Positions 48,961 through 62,345 of a DNA stretch of 64,000 bases are shown piece by piece. Both the position numbers and the translations under genes were made by a program. Within the stretch, counting starts at the first letter, position 1. The number at the start of each line of letters is the position of its first letter. The DNA is taken from positions 15,004,001 to 15,068,000 of the forward strand of contig CAIIXF020000001.1 in assembly GCA_903813345.2 (NCBI GenBank), written 5' to 3'. The notes under the pieces were generated by a model. It was not told where the DNA came from, did no database searches, and saw nothing but the letters and a program-made list of their open reading frames with translations. The DNA is from Owenia fusiformis (taxonomy: Eukaryota).

Positions 48961-51243
48961 GGTCCTTTGACAAAATTAGGCGTGACTCTCATTGGATTCC
49001 ACATTAAAATCAGATGTTCACCACTTACTAGTATTGAACTTTTTCTTAAACTCATAGAAGCACAATTTATGGAATTTACGTTACATTTTGAAAGGAAATT
49101 ATGGGTTGTTGACACTAGTTGTTCATCAATTTTAATCTTGTACAATGTTACTCACTTCGAGAGCCATGTTAGATTTTGAAACTTATTATTCGCAGGAAGT
49201 AAGTACAATGGACATACTAGAATAGTACTAACATACATTTTTGATACCTCATATTCGACTTACTGCTTGCGGCCATTCGTATTGATGAAATAGGCTTGTC
49301 TGGATCATATGTGATCCGGTTTTACAATCAATCTGATGTGAGTTTTTCACGATCCTTTAACAAAAGAAAAGTATCTCTGCAACATTTGCATGAAAAACAT
49401 CATTACTAACTTATGCTGAACGTAAGTGACACAAGCCTGTAGTTAGACGATATTAAAAGTGACATAATTTTCCGTCTCACTAATGCCTCACATTTGATCT
49501 ACGGCAACCATACGGCGGTCGTAGCTTCCCAAAATCGAGAGAAATATGCATCATTAATATAGGGATAAGCGGTCGGCCTACAATAAAGATCTTCTACATC
49601 GATTTTGTGAAGCTACTTGTACGGCCGTCGTAGAGGAAATGTGACCAAGGCTTCTCTTGATGTAATTTCAAGAATTTGATATATCACTTTTTTAAAATAA
49701 AGGGCATGAATTATGATAAACTTGACATGGTACTAATATTTTCTGAAACATATAATAATAAAAATCAGATCTAGAGAGCATCTCCACAGAGTAGTCCGAA
49801 AAAGTGAATCCTTCCAACAGTATATTTCAGTTATAACCCGCATCACTGGGCTAATATTCTAACATGTTTTTGAGGACGCTCTTAAAAGGTCACTCAATCT
49901 TAAAGGGTGACGCATATCGTTTAGCAAATCGAACGCTCGTTTCTGGTGTTGCTCACCGTTTAGTATAAAAGGCCCGATCCCGGAATAATACTCAAGGGTT
50001 CACAGGCTCGAGGTCGTTGTGTCAACACCTCTAACTGTTATATAGCATAAGTATATTATAAATCGTCACATATTTATAAAACGGTGATTTTTATTTTGAC
50101 AAATCAATTCCACATTTATGGGTGAAGTTTCAGGATCTTCTATTTGTGTATAATAAGGAAAAATTGACATCTTTTCCCCATAACGTAATAGCACACAGCT
50201 TGGTATATGAAATATCCTACAAATGAAACAAAGCAGTTCTAATACAAGGATTTATATTGGCTGTTGTACATATTCTTTGAACGCAATCACTCTATGGATA
50301 ATGTTTTCAAAATCATTATAAACGGATTACTTTATCTCAAAGACAATTTCAATAAACTGGATTTTACAGAACTCCCCTTATTTCTTAAAAATGGACTGAT
50401 CCGGTCGATTCGCCTGGAGCCGCCATATTGTTTTTATACGGGATGCTTATCGGAACCCTTTAAATCTTTCAGAAGTTAACGAACAAGTTTAGATTGGAAG
50501 ATGTGGGATAAAGAAAACCGTAAAGATTATTTTTGGAAGTTATGACCAAAATGGAGCTGAAAAATAACTACCATAATATAAGAGAATTTCAAATGAACGT
50601 TCTTCCTTTGTTTATCAATATTGTTTATTCCATTTTACGCTACTATTGTATCAATAGTCATAAGTCATAAATATGTACAATTATAAAAGCTGAACAATAT
50701 ATTGGTAAAGAATATATCGAGTACTATGTAAATAATAAAATCTATACTTTTAAATCCACAGGATATCTTATTATGCAAAGTCTAATTATTCTGGTAAGAA
50801 TTGAATGTAGAATCTCTACATTGCATTTATAATAGAAAACCATGCCTGGTGTTTGATTAAGAAATATAGACCAAGATCGGGTGTTATATCGACGAATAAA
50901 ACCCGCAGGGTTAGGAAAAAACCTTATCTGTACCCCGAACAACCGAAAGGTTTTGTGCCTAGCCCTAAGGGGTTTATTCGTCGATATAACACCTAATTTG
51001 AGGTCTACATTACGATTCGAACAATGAAAACTCCCTTAAATGATGTTTCGAATATTCATTATTATGACCCGACGTTATGACTCGTCACACATTACTCGTA
51101 TGACCAGGGGTAGTGGTAACGAATATACCCCGGGTGAAATGTTGACTTTGTTCACAGTTTATAGAAGGCGTGAACACAGTCATGTTCGAACTCGTATTAA
51201 ATGCACGTCTTTCAGTGGAGCTATCAATGCTCGTGAAAACATA

Positions 51244-52226
51244 CGAGGCCCGATCAGAAAGTAAGTAACCAACTGCTCTTATTTCTTCATACTTCATTCA
51301 ATCACATTGAAATTTTCACAGATGATGTAGAAAATATTAAACTATTAAATAAGACCAAGGACAATGGGTTAGCGTCAATTTCATTGTTATTGATGTTGCT
51401 ATGGTGACAATTGTTTCGGGTAGGCGGGGCACCCTGTTTTAAGTGGCGTTTGAAGATAATTTGTAGAGTTTTTCTACATGTTGTAATACCTCCAAATATA
51501 TCAAATTCAAATGTAAGACTACATTTCAACACAAAGTCCTTCAAATTAATCGCCACAAAAGTCAATGCAGTTGAGGCAATGTTTTACTCCGTCCTTAAAG
51601 AAGTGCAACATGGCACCATTCAATGACTGCAAACTGCCATTGAAATTTTGGCCTTATTGCTATCCAAACGGACTCTACATTACAAGATATTTGCATTTGG
51701 AAAGAATTTGGCCACGTGGGGCCAGGTCTGTGGAATAGTGAGAATGGGGTAGTTGTGTGGCCATGGAAAAGGCTTAATCTACTGTATCGTCGGTAATTTT
51801 GGCTCTGTGGAGGTGGACCAATTATCATCATGCGAGTAAAATCCCCCTTCAACAACATTTGACTGGATTGAAACTGTGACTGAATCATGACCATCATTAT
51901 GACAGATATACCCTTGATATCTTGTCGATAAAACAAATTATTCAGTCTTGCATAAAAAAATGTTAGGTCATTTGGAGGAATACAGCATGTAAAAAACTCT
52001 ATAAACCATCTTCCAAAGCCGCTTACAAAAGGGTGCCCCGCCTACTCAAAACAATTATCATTATCATATAGCAACAGCTATAACAATGGCATTGGCGCTA
52101 ATCCATTGTCCTTGGTCTTCTTTAATAGGTTAATATTTTCTACATCATCTGTGAAAATTTCAATGTGATTGAATGAAGTATGAAAAAATGAGAGCAGTTG
52201 GTTACTTACTTTCTGATCGAGCCTCG
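51244..52226. mobile_element. Mariner-derived non-autonomous element with long TIRs
   Basis: TA|CGAGGCCCGATCAGAAAGTAAGTAACC ... GGTTACTTACTTTCTGATCGAGCCTCG|TA; minus-strand remnant LPHSHYSTDLAP (mariner HPPYSPDLAP motif) near 51720-51755. Confidence 0.85.
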
Positions 52227-52640
52227 TACATACATATACAGTATATCAAATCTGTGTTACAGACATCTTTGCCTTATTTGTCTACTATCCATGTATATTT
52301 GTTTGACTAAAGTTGTGTATCTGTTGCCTGTTTGTCGATGTTGGAATCGTTTATACTATAGATTGTTGGTCGATTTATTTGTCTCGATTAGTAATCAAGC
52401 GTTCCTTTAAATGTAGATTCGAGTTCGATCTTTATTTTAGAAAGGGAGGTAATCACCTGGACCTGAAAAAACACAGACAAATAAATGAAAATGCGAAACG
52501 ATACCTATCACAGATGAAAGTTTTTCTGTTAAAATTAATTGTGAATAGAATGTAATTTCTATGTCTGTGCAAGTAGTATAGAATGACAATTCGCACGACT
52601 CCAATTAAACAAATAGATTATACAAGTTATATACCGGTAA

Positions 52641-52843
52641 CAGGCCCGTAGCCAGGATTTGCCAAGGGGGGGGGGGTCAGTTTTCAAAAGTTTCTAGGGG
52701 GGTTCACATTTGACAATTTTGGTCCAAATACGGCTAAAATCACTTGAGAAGTGCTCAAAATGGTGAAAAACTGCATGATTTTGGAAGCATTTTTGGCCAG
52801 GGGGGAGGGGGGTTCGAATATACACCCCTTGACTACGGGCCTG
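52641..52843. mobile_element. Short hAT-like MITE
   Basis: CAGGCCCGTAG ... CTACGGGCCTG TIR, G-rich subtermini, GGTAA on both flanks. Confidence 0.7.
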
Positions 52844-53198
52844 GGTAAACATACGATCGTATTAGAGAAATGATCATGAAACGGATTTAGTGGAGTCCCT
52901 GTTAAAAGTATGTATGAGAAATGTATTCTTAGGGACAATATCTTTATAGTGCTCGTATGTAAAACTCATTTCTCATCCTCGGCATTATGATTTATTACAT
53001 GAGAATGAAATAACATTAAATTACAATAAATAGTTATGAGAAACGTTTAATATAGTGATTTGTATTTAATTACTATTGATGAATGATATTGATTTAGATC
53101 AAGTTCATGGAAAAAGAAAACACAATAGCGTTTGTGGAGCCAACCTATGTCAAATCTAACAAACAAAATACTGAATGCTGGAATAAAATCAATTACTT

Positions 53199-56122
53199 TC
53201 ACTGCTTGGCTAAGAGAATATGCAAATTATCTACAGGAGTTGGGGAACAAAGGCGTAGCGTGTCTAGAATGTCCCATTAGGTCGTTTACCCTGTTTTAGA
53301 AATTGTATTGATAACAAAGTCTATCAGATGAAAATAAATACTTGACTCACCTGTTGAATACATACACCTGCTCCCTGAGAAGCCCTCGTTGCATTCACAT
53401 TTGAAGTGGAAGTCGGTGCCGCCATTGTCCACAAACACACACTTGCCCTGGTTATAATCCTCGCTACAGTATCGTGGGCAAAGATTATCTGAAAGTTCAA
53501 ACATGAACTTGAACTTTTCCTTTTCAATATGTGAAATAAAAGTGAAAATACTGATTGTTCTAAAAATGTTCCAAAATGATACGGAAACAACCCTTTTTTC
53601 CTTCATAGAAAAGGTACGTTGAATTTTTTACTTGATGAAGAACAGAAATTTCCCAATAAGCAGTTTAAAATTCAACGAAATATTTCTATGCTCTAAAAGA
53701 ACTCTATCACGATCGATGCATGGTTGAATACAATTCCAAACATGGAAAAATGGGTGATGGTGCTAAAACAAGCTTTTCTTTCAAACTTCCAATAATATTT
53801 CCCCATCACAAACAGAGTCATTTCACGTTTGTATCGGCACAATTTTCCAAACATGGAAAAATGGGTGAAACATATGTTCCTCTAAAACTAAATAGAATTA
53901 CTTTCAGAGATTTTTGAGAGTCAAATTCTCCACCAGATGACTAAATTTCTAAAATATTATTTTATTCACTTATAAAGTTATTCCATATTAGTCTCGGTAC
54001 AATATTTTGGGCTACCCTGTATAATATATTTTAAATATTTTCGATTTGTGATTTATTTTTCGCTTCTTTAGAAACCAATTTTAGGTCTGATCGAAAAACA
54101 CAAAGGCAAACATTTGAAAAGTTTATTAAAACGATAAGACCGATTATATATCTATTATATCCACGTAAATCACCTGATGGTATAGAGCAGAATCGTCCTT
54201 TCCATCCGGGTCTACAGACGCACATGGCCAAGCTAGATTCCCCCTCCACCATACAATAGCCCCCGTTACTGCACAGCTTTCTCTCATAAAACTCCTCACA
54301 GTCACTCTTATACTCGTAATCATCTGGTATATTATCTGAAATTAATAAATGAATAAATAGATAAATAAGTATAAAATAATAAAATGACAGCAGAAAAGTG
54401 TCTTCGGATCGTATAGTAGTTGTATTAGTTGTTGGTCTATAGGTGCGCACTTTTTTCATATTTTCATGATATTTCTGGCAATATCGAAACGTCATTTTTG
54501 ATCATATGTTGAACCAGTATATGTTTAACAGAGCCCCATGACTCGAATGGAAAACATTGTTCGTGAATTAGAAGTACATAATTCAACAATGCAACCTCAA
54601 AGTGAATGCTTGGACGTTTTTCATTTTATGTAGAAGTATACAGAGTATACATTTAGGTTAGGATTTGAATACTATACGTACTGATATCAGCTGGTCCAGC
54701 ACACCAGGGGTTACCGGGGTATTCTTCCTCTTCTTTGTCTTCCATACCCCATTCAGAGATCCACTTTCCCTCTCTACACTCAAGGTAGCTAAACGGATAG
54801 ACAGTCTGGTATTCGCCATTGCAGGCAAACGTCACTGTACTTCCGCATCTGTTCGCTTTTGAAATATATGTATTTCCTTCAAGGGGGTCTAATTTTTTGA
54901 CTGGACTGCATCTTTCGCATTCTCCTTTCTCCAATTGCCGAGCTCGTCGATGTGCACTGCGACCTCGTGCTGCTAATGTCCCTTGAAAAAATGAAATTAT
55001 AAAAATTCATTTCTATCGCCGTGAAAATATTTTTGTTTGAAAAGTAGATTATGGAAGTTATTATCATTTACATAACTCGTTGACTGGTTTGATGATCATG
55101 ACAGTTTTACAAAGTTTACAAATGTCGTTAAATATCAAAGTTGATTTCTAGGAAAGGGGTGGCTGGTCTTTTAATTTTAATTTATTTCCCCCATTTGAGT
55201 AGCAAATGTTAAGATTTTGATACTTTTCTCTTATATATCTTTTATGCTTTGCTGCAAATATTATTCGCCTGTCTCATAGTTAAAAGTCAAGTTTTAGAAA
55301 TTTCTATACGATTGGGTCTACGAAAAAATAGAATGATTTCTTTTCTCTGAATCAATATTATCTGTGATTATCTTTTTGCTTTTGATTAGTAAAAGTGTAT
55401 AGTTCTGACTTAATTATTTTGCCATTAAAATATAAGCTTACATTATGTCTAGATTTAAGATCTAATATTAGAGTATGACCCTACTGTGTAATAGTAAACC
55501 AGCTGTTAATTATATAATATAGAATATGTCCATTATTATCCAAAAATCATAATTCAAAAATTGGTATCACCCTGTTTGTCCACCAAACCATGGCATCTCA
55601 TTTCTTCTCGGCAATGATATCATGGTGGATATAATGAGCTAGATTCAGAGATCCAAGAGAGTCATTAAGGGCAATGATTACGTAATAATTACAACCATCG
55701 ACTCTTTCCATCGGATTAACTGATATTAGAGAATATGTATCATACTAGTATTATCATTTTAATATTTTTCTTGAAATATATTTAGCAGGAAGATGTGATG
55801 TATATCATAATGTCATTTGAAATGATATTATCTCATTTAATATTTTCAAAATTTCGTTATTTTTCGTTAGGTACGCTCCCGTCAGATTCATGTGCACTAA
55901 CAATGTTGGGGGACATTAACGCATATGAATACGTTTTTTATAATTAATTTTCATTGTGATTTGTGATGAGTCCTAAATTAGGAATCAATACTGAATTTTT
56001 CCAAGCACTGTCAACCACGTTTAAGTCCGATAAAATATTATTGAATAAAATTCTTAAAAATGCTTACCGTATATGCATATTTGTAATACTGATAAACCCA
56101 ATAAAAGTGATCGCAACTGCAT
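53199..56122 (-). CDS. Small secreted Sushi/CCP plus two EGF-like domain protein, about 228 aa
   Basis: Exons 56122-56068 (MQLRSLLLGLSVLQICIY), 54981-54682 (HRRAR; GSTVTFACNGEY...LECREGKW), 54335-54174 (CSNGGYC...CVCRPGWKGRFC), 53488-53351 (CECNEGFSGSRC), 53230-53199 (tentative last exon DNLHILLAKQ*). All phase-1 introns, 687 nt. Confidence 0.72.
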
Positions 56123-58019
56123 TGTCCCCCTTTGACTGCTATCCAAATACGATGTTTACTGTGTAAAGTTGGAATCGCGTAAATGGAAGATAATGTGGCT
56201 TCCCTTCATTGATATAGGCCATCCTACGTTTGATTGACATTGATGATTTAATCTTTATCCTGAACATTAATATTTATCGGAATAAATATCTAATACTGAA
56301 GAATATATTATTAGGGATCCCTCTTCAGGTAGGCCTATTTTATTGGTTCATAAATGGGCGGACGTTGCACAATTACATTACAGAAATTTATACTAAAATA
56401 AGAAAAATAGTATATTAACGGTATTTGTAACAAAATAAAATAAACATTGAATACTTCGAGAGAATGTCATTAAGTAAATGATGTAGTGCATTTATGTTTA
56501 TTTTTATTATGTTACCCCTGTTAAGGCCTGTGAGTCTTATGTTGCTATGTAAGTCCAATGGACAAAGTCAAGATTTATATTTTATTTTTTGCGGCGGGGA
56601 GATACCGTATGTTTATTAATTTTCTGTATCTTTATTCCATGCCTTATGCTCTGGTGGGGATTCGTATAGTATCTAATTTCTAAATGAGAAACGGATAAGA
56701 TCATAAACATGGTTTAATTTCTCGGAGATAATTAATCACCACTTCTTTACCTTAGTATACTAATCATTTATTTCTCTGTAAATTAAGTCAATATAATTCA
56801 AATGGATGTAATAATACCGGTACAAGGATCAAGACAGAAGGAAGCATTAATCCCAGAGCTGTAATTAATTTCATTCGCCCTCATGTCTGACATTCAACAA
56901 AAGATCGACTTCTTCAAATATTACATTTATTTCATACAACGTAAGTTTTTAGTAAGTATTTACAAATAGTATTATCCTGAGGGAAATATATTACAACATA
57001 GATAGATATATTGTATTTCCCGAGGGTTACACCCTTTATCCCATCGTTACAAGGATATAGATCGAATATCAGGTGAAGATATATTTGATATGTTTATCAA
57101 GATATCATATCTTAGCAAAGAATCCACAAACCATCGAATATCACTTCTCAAAAAGCGATATTCGATGGTTTCAAAAGTGATATTCGATGGTTTAGATTTT
57201 AAAATCTTTTCGATTTTTCACTTTTTTCAATAAAATTTAATTTTTACATTTTGAAATTCTTTTTTCAATTTTTTAGATTTTATAATTTTTTTAAAAAGAT
57301 TTCCCATGAGATAAACGGACAATCCTATGGTTTTTCAAATAATATCAATTATATTCACTAATGGATATAAATGATATTTTTTCAAAACCATAGGATATTC
57401 CTAATAGTATCCAAAACCGAACATTAAGTAACTGATTTATCCTATACTTCGATTTCAAATACACAGATCTCTCTGATTTCAACTTTTTTTGCCAAGTAGC
57501 CCTTCAGAAATTATACGTCAAATTTGGTTTTACGGCTTATTTTCATTTTTTCTTTGATTTAAAAATTTATCCACAAATTCATCATTCATTCATTGCTAAA
57601 CCATAAAAGTTGACCTTGACCATATTTCACCTTATCATAGGCCGCCAATGGACACATCAGTCTCAAATAAGTCTTAATACACCAAACACCTTTATATTGA
57701 GATTTGACCGTAGAATACCTTGACCATTAAACGTTGGCCTTGATCTCAGATAGCAAAATCAAGTTTCACAACGACTTCACTAGTATAGGGCTTCGAAAGG
57801 GCTTAAAACGCCAAATGCTTAGATATTGACTTTTACGCCCCACGATAACGATTATGTTTTTATAACACCGGTGGTTTGATAAAAATTGCCTCCAAAAGAA
57901 TGTAGCATTTCTAAACAAAATTTATAACTGGGGCCAACAACAATGGCCAAGAAGTGCATGTCTTTTTCGCACGTTTTTTATATTTTTCATTGATAAAGTG
58001 CCTAAGAAATCGATCAATA

Positions 58020-59167
58020 TCATGGTTTATGGACCACTCGAACTAGTCGAACTGGAACATCACGTCTTACCCGTTCCTCTAAAAGTCTCTGACGCCCAGA
58101 AAACCGTTTGAATGGGTTAAAATTCTCTCCTAAGAGATTACGCTTCATGAGGCAAAGACCTTGTTTAAGGGCTGGAAGGTCCAAAATAAATATAATCAGG
58201 AAAAACAGCATTACAAAACCTGATGACGTAAAACCCAAGGCCTTTGCTGACACTCTTTCATCAGGTTCGAACACGTCAAACAGTAATTTTTTGTGTTCTG
58301 TCACTTTGGCTGTCGTCTTTATTGCTACAATTGCCTGTCCTAATGTACCGGTTGATGTAAATGAAGCGTTTGTAGAATTTACATGTTGCGTTGTGGTCTC
58401 TGTTGATCCATTTATTAAAATTGCTGTGAACTCTGATGTTGGGCTCTTTAGTGTTTGATTTGAGGATAGCGAGGAAGTAGGTTCACTTGTGGGTATTTTA
58501 GTAAATTCAGTTGTGCGTATTGTAGTAAACTGCGTTGTAAATACTGTAGTACGCTCAGTAGTGGGAATTGTAGTAGGCTCCGTTGTAGGCTCTGTTGTGG
58601 GTTCAGTTGTTGGGACTGTGGTGGGTATTGTTGTAGGTTCCGTTGTGGGTATTGTAGTATGCTCCGTTGTGGGTTCAGTTGTGGGTGTTGTAGTAGGCTC
58701 CGTTGTGGGTTCAGTTGTGGGTGTTGTAGTAGGCTCCGTTGTGGGTTCAGTTGTGGGAATTGTAGTAGGCTCCGTTGTAGGTTCTGTTGTGGGTATTGTA
58801 GTAGGCTCCGTTGTGGGTTCAGTTGTGGGTGTTGTAGTAGGCTCCGTTGTGGCCACCACAGTTGTGGGAATTGTAGTAGGCTCCGTTGTAGGTTCTGTTG
58901 TGGGTGTTGTAGTAGGCTCCGTTGTAGGTTCTGTTGTGGGAATTGTAGTAGGCTCCGTTGTAGGTTCTGTTGTGGGTATTGTAGTAGGCTCCGTTGTAGG
59001 TTCTGTTGTGGGTATTGTTGTAGGCTCCGTTGTGGGTTCAGTTGTGGGTATTGTAGTAGGCTCCGTTGTAGGTTCAGTTGTGGGTACTGTGGTGGGTATT
59101 GTTGTAGGTTCAGTTGTGGGTACAGTAGTAGGTTTTGTTGTTGGTATTGTTGTAGGCTCCTTAGTAA
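58020..59167 (-). CDS. Terminal exon of a mucin-like single-pass membrane protein (PTTE/PTTI stalk, TM helix, basic tail); upstream exons not resolved
   Basis: Acceptor tttcag at 59168-59173; open frame of about 380 codons with 12-nt-based Thr/Pro/Glu repeats (about 58490-59160), then DERVSAKALGFTSSGFVMLFFLIIFILDL and an Arg-rich tail. Confidence 0.75.
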
Positions 59168-59351
59168 CTGAAATTGCAAATTATCTTTCAGATTTACTGA
59201 AGGATTAACAATGAGCCTTGGGTCTAATGTGAAATATTCGCTATTATTGTTGCAAAGTGTACATTCTTTAAAAACAATAATTGCACTCCTCTTTGTTATG
59301 GCTGAAGATTCTTTAAAATAAAATACATCATTCTATTGTGTTGTGTGGTTA

Positions 59352-62345
59352 ACACCCCAGTCACATTTGTCGTACGGCGGCAGATCCATCAAAATCAGAG
59401 AATTTCTGCGGCGGGCGTAGGAAAACTACGGTCGCCTTGCGGTCTCCGTACGGCGTATGCAGATCTTTACAGGCCGCAGGGTAGGCGTAGGAAACAGGTT
59501 TTAGGCCAGGTTTTAATTCTTGTCGTATCTTTGCTGTGAACAAGTTCGCAAGACGTTTGACCCAATTTCCCCGAAGATCCAGCTCGGATTGAGCTTGCAA
59601 TAGGCAGAAGGTTATTAAATATCAGCGAGTATGATTAAAAGAAGAAAAAAGCTTTCTGTTGGTGTGTTGGTTTATTGTACAGAGTCCCTAGCTGCGAGAA
59701 GTGCTTCTCACAGCTAGGGACCAAAACGCCGTTAAAATTAGGGGCCCTTTATAACAGAATAATGATCAACAGGAAAGCATGTTTTGCTTTGAATGGAACA
59801 AGTGTGAAGAAAAACGGTGCAGTATGAGACTCACAATCCTTGATTTTCAAACATCTGTTGGGTTTAAACTTCAAATTAACAGTTTTTTTTTGTATATAGT
59901 GGACCCCCATTCTTTGTTATTGCGGTATTTTCATGGTGGAGGTCAAACAGGTATAAATGGGCCTCACAAAATTCTATAATCTTCTGAATGTCAAGGAAAT
60001 CATCTTCCTCTTCATCGCCCGATTCATCAGGAATGACATCCTTGTTCTTCCTTTCCTTTAATACGCTTATATGTAATGGCATTTGCCAGAGTTGTCATAA
60101 TATGTGACCGGGGTCTTGGGAAGACCCCAACACTTTTTATTTGATATTAAGGATTTAAGACCTGGGCTCAGTGCATTGTTTGCTGAATCATACCATGAAC
60201 ACGTGGTACTAACTCACCGGGGCGTATCGAAACCAAAACGCCCCGCAAAACCGTTAATTTAAATTTCAAATCTACCATGTCTTTGGAAAATCAATGATTG
60301 TGAGTCTTACACTACACCTTTTTTCTCCAAACTTGTTCCATTAAAACCTTCACAGAAATACCTCTCAGTCGAGACATTGCTTTTGTTTACAAAGTCCCTC
60401 GTTTTAGTGGCGTTTTGGTCCCCAGATGTGAGAATTTGCAAATTCTCAGAGATTACAACCACAATCCTTGATATCTCGCCAGTTCTTCTATCACTCTCCC
60501 CCATATTCTGCGCAAGGACACCCATTACAACCCTCCATCGCTGCATCAACATGTTTACTACATGAAACGCAGAAATTCTACGCAACTGTTCGAAATTGAC
60601 CAAAACGCCCCGTTGTCTTCCAAAACGCCCCACAGAGTCTTTGACTACAAACGTGTAGTTTCAAGGTGTATATATCCAACGGGGCGTTTTGGAAGAGAAC
60701 GGGGCGTTTTGATCAATTTCGAACAGATGCGTAGGACTTTTGGAAATTGCTGCGTTTAATGTAATAAATATGTTGATGCAAGGGCGTTACAATACCCGGG
60801 AATTTATCGGTTCGTGCAGTACTTGTTTGTGATAGCGCCCTCTGTAGGTCACTGTGCTTAAGCCTACATTAATACGGGGTAGGATATCGGGAATTCGGTC
60901 AGTTTCCATCCGTCGATTTCGCTATGAATTGAAGCAAGTGTGACCACTTTATCCACTTAAACAATTTGATAATTGATTAAATCTTTAAACAAAATCGATA
61001 AACACGTTATACACTTCCTATCTCCTTAGAAATTAGCATGTATTTATGGATTGTGTTTTCGAACAAGGCTCGACCCAAACCAATAGGGAAATCCTTATGC
61101 TAATTAGTATGACGTCATATTTTCCTGGGGAATCCTAGATTTCAAAGCCTCAGTCTGTTATTGTGTCAAATGTAAACGCTCTTTTGCAGACAGAAAATTG
61201 ACAGATTAGCTTTTAACTTTCAGCTTTGATGTTTAAATATTCTGTATTTCTACCGGACTTCTTGCTGAATATCATATAATGTTATAACTTGATTTGGACC
61301 ATTGCCTGATTGATCATTCTGAAATTTTGATTGTGACCGTATGATTGATTGGCGAGAAAAATAATTCCTATTGTTTTCCAGCGAAGTCAAAATGTTACAG
61401 CATGAGTTATAATGTCGAGTTTGCATCATGTTAAATTCTGCTAGTGATTAGAAGTCCATGCACAAGCATACACATAACTTGAGAGACAAACACACCCAGG
61501 CTCCAGGCCGTGGATGGAAATATAAAACTATTTAAGGCACAAACTTGTATTTAATAGGCCGATATGTAGTGTCTGCCATGTATTGAAGGTAAACAATCTG
61601 CATTATTAATGTTACTTCTATCAATACATGGATTGTACAATGGAAAAGCAATGGCACAATCAAAAATGTGCATATCAATCGTGAATATCTCTCGGTTCAA
61701 AGCTTATTTCCAACAGAATCGTGTCAAAATATGTGTCTGAGTAACAGTTATACATTATAAGATCGCAAACTCTTACCAATTATCAGCCGAATGGCTCATT
61801 TTCAACGAAATGTCCTTAAGACAACAGCCCTGGGTCGCGCCTGAGACCAAAAACTATTTCAAATAGCCCTCCCCTAATTATATTGGATAATCACATTTAT
61901 GCGTGCGCGCGCAGCTCATCCACTGAACGAAACGCCACTTCCCGCTGAAATCACCGGGTATTGATCTTTCCCTTGGTTGATGCAGAGATGGAGGGTTCTA
62001 ATGGGAGTCCTAGTGCAAAATATAGGGGAGAATAATAAAAGAACTGCGATATATCGAGGCTTTTGGTTGAAATCTCTGAAGATTTGCATCTTCTCACATC
62101 TGGGGACCAAAACGCCGCTAAAAAGCAATGTCTGAGTGAAAGGTATTTCTGTAAAGGTTTTAATGGAACAAGTTTGAAGAAAAACGGTGTACTGTGAGAC
62201 TCGCAACCATATAACTCCGAGTTATAATTTCTACGCCTTAATTCCCTGCGGCCTGTAAAAATCTGCAAACGCCGTACGGAGACCGCAAGGCGCCCGTAGT
62301 TTTCCTACGCTCGCCGCAGAAATTCACTGATTTAATTGATCTGCG
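59352..62345. mobile_element. Cluster of nested inverted-repeat (foldback) elements
   Basis: 59380-59480 inverts to 62245-62343; 60305-60550 inverts to 61975-62205; 59715-59845 is another inverted partial copy; 60542-60780 is self-complementary. Confidence 0.7.

Noticed and set aside
49960..50430. TATA-like GTATAAAAGG and a GCCGCCATATTG motif
   Set aside because: No associated exon or RNA gene could be identified.
55571..55719. Exon-like segment in the first intron of the Sushi-EGF gene
   Set aside because: In-frame stop in the phase-compatible frame; the flanking exons join correctly without it.
56818..56874. Second signal-peptide-like exon (MKLITALGLMLPSVLILVP) on the minus strand
   Set aside because: Phase-0 donor is incompatible with the downstream phase-1 exons; no partner exon found.
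58448..59208. Val/Gly-rich, Cys-rich and Gln-rich ORFs
   Set aside because: Alternative-frame and antisense shadows of the mucin repeat exon.
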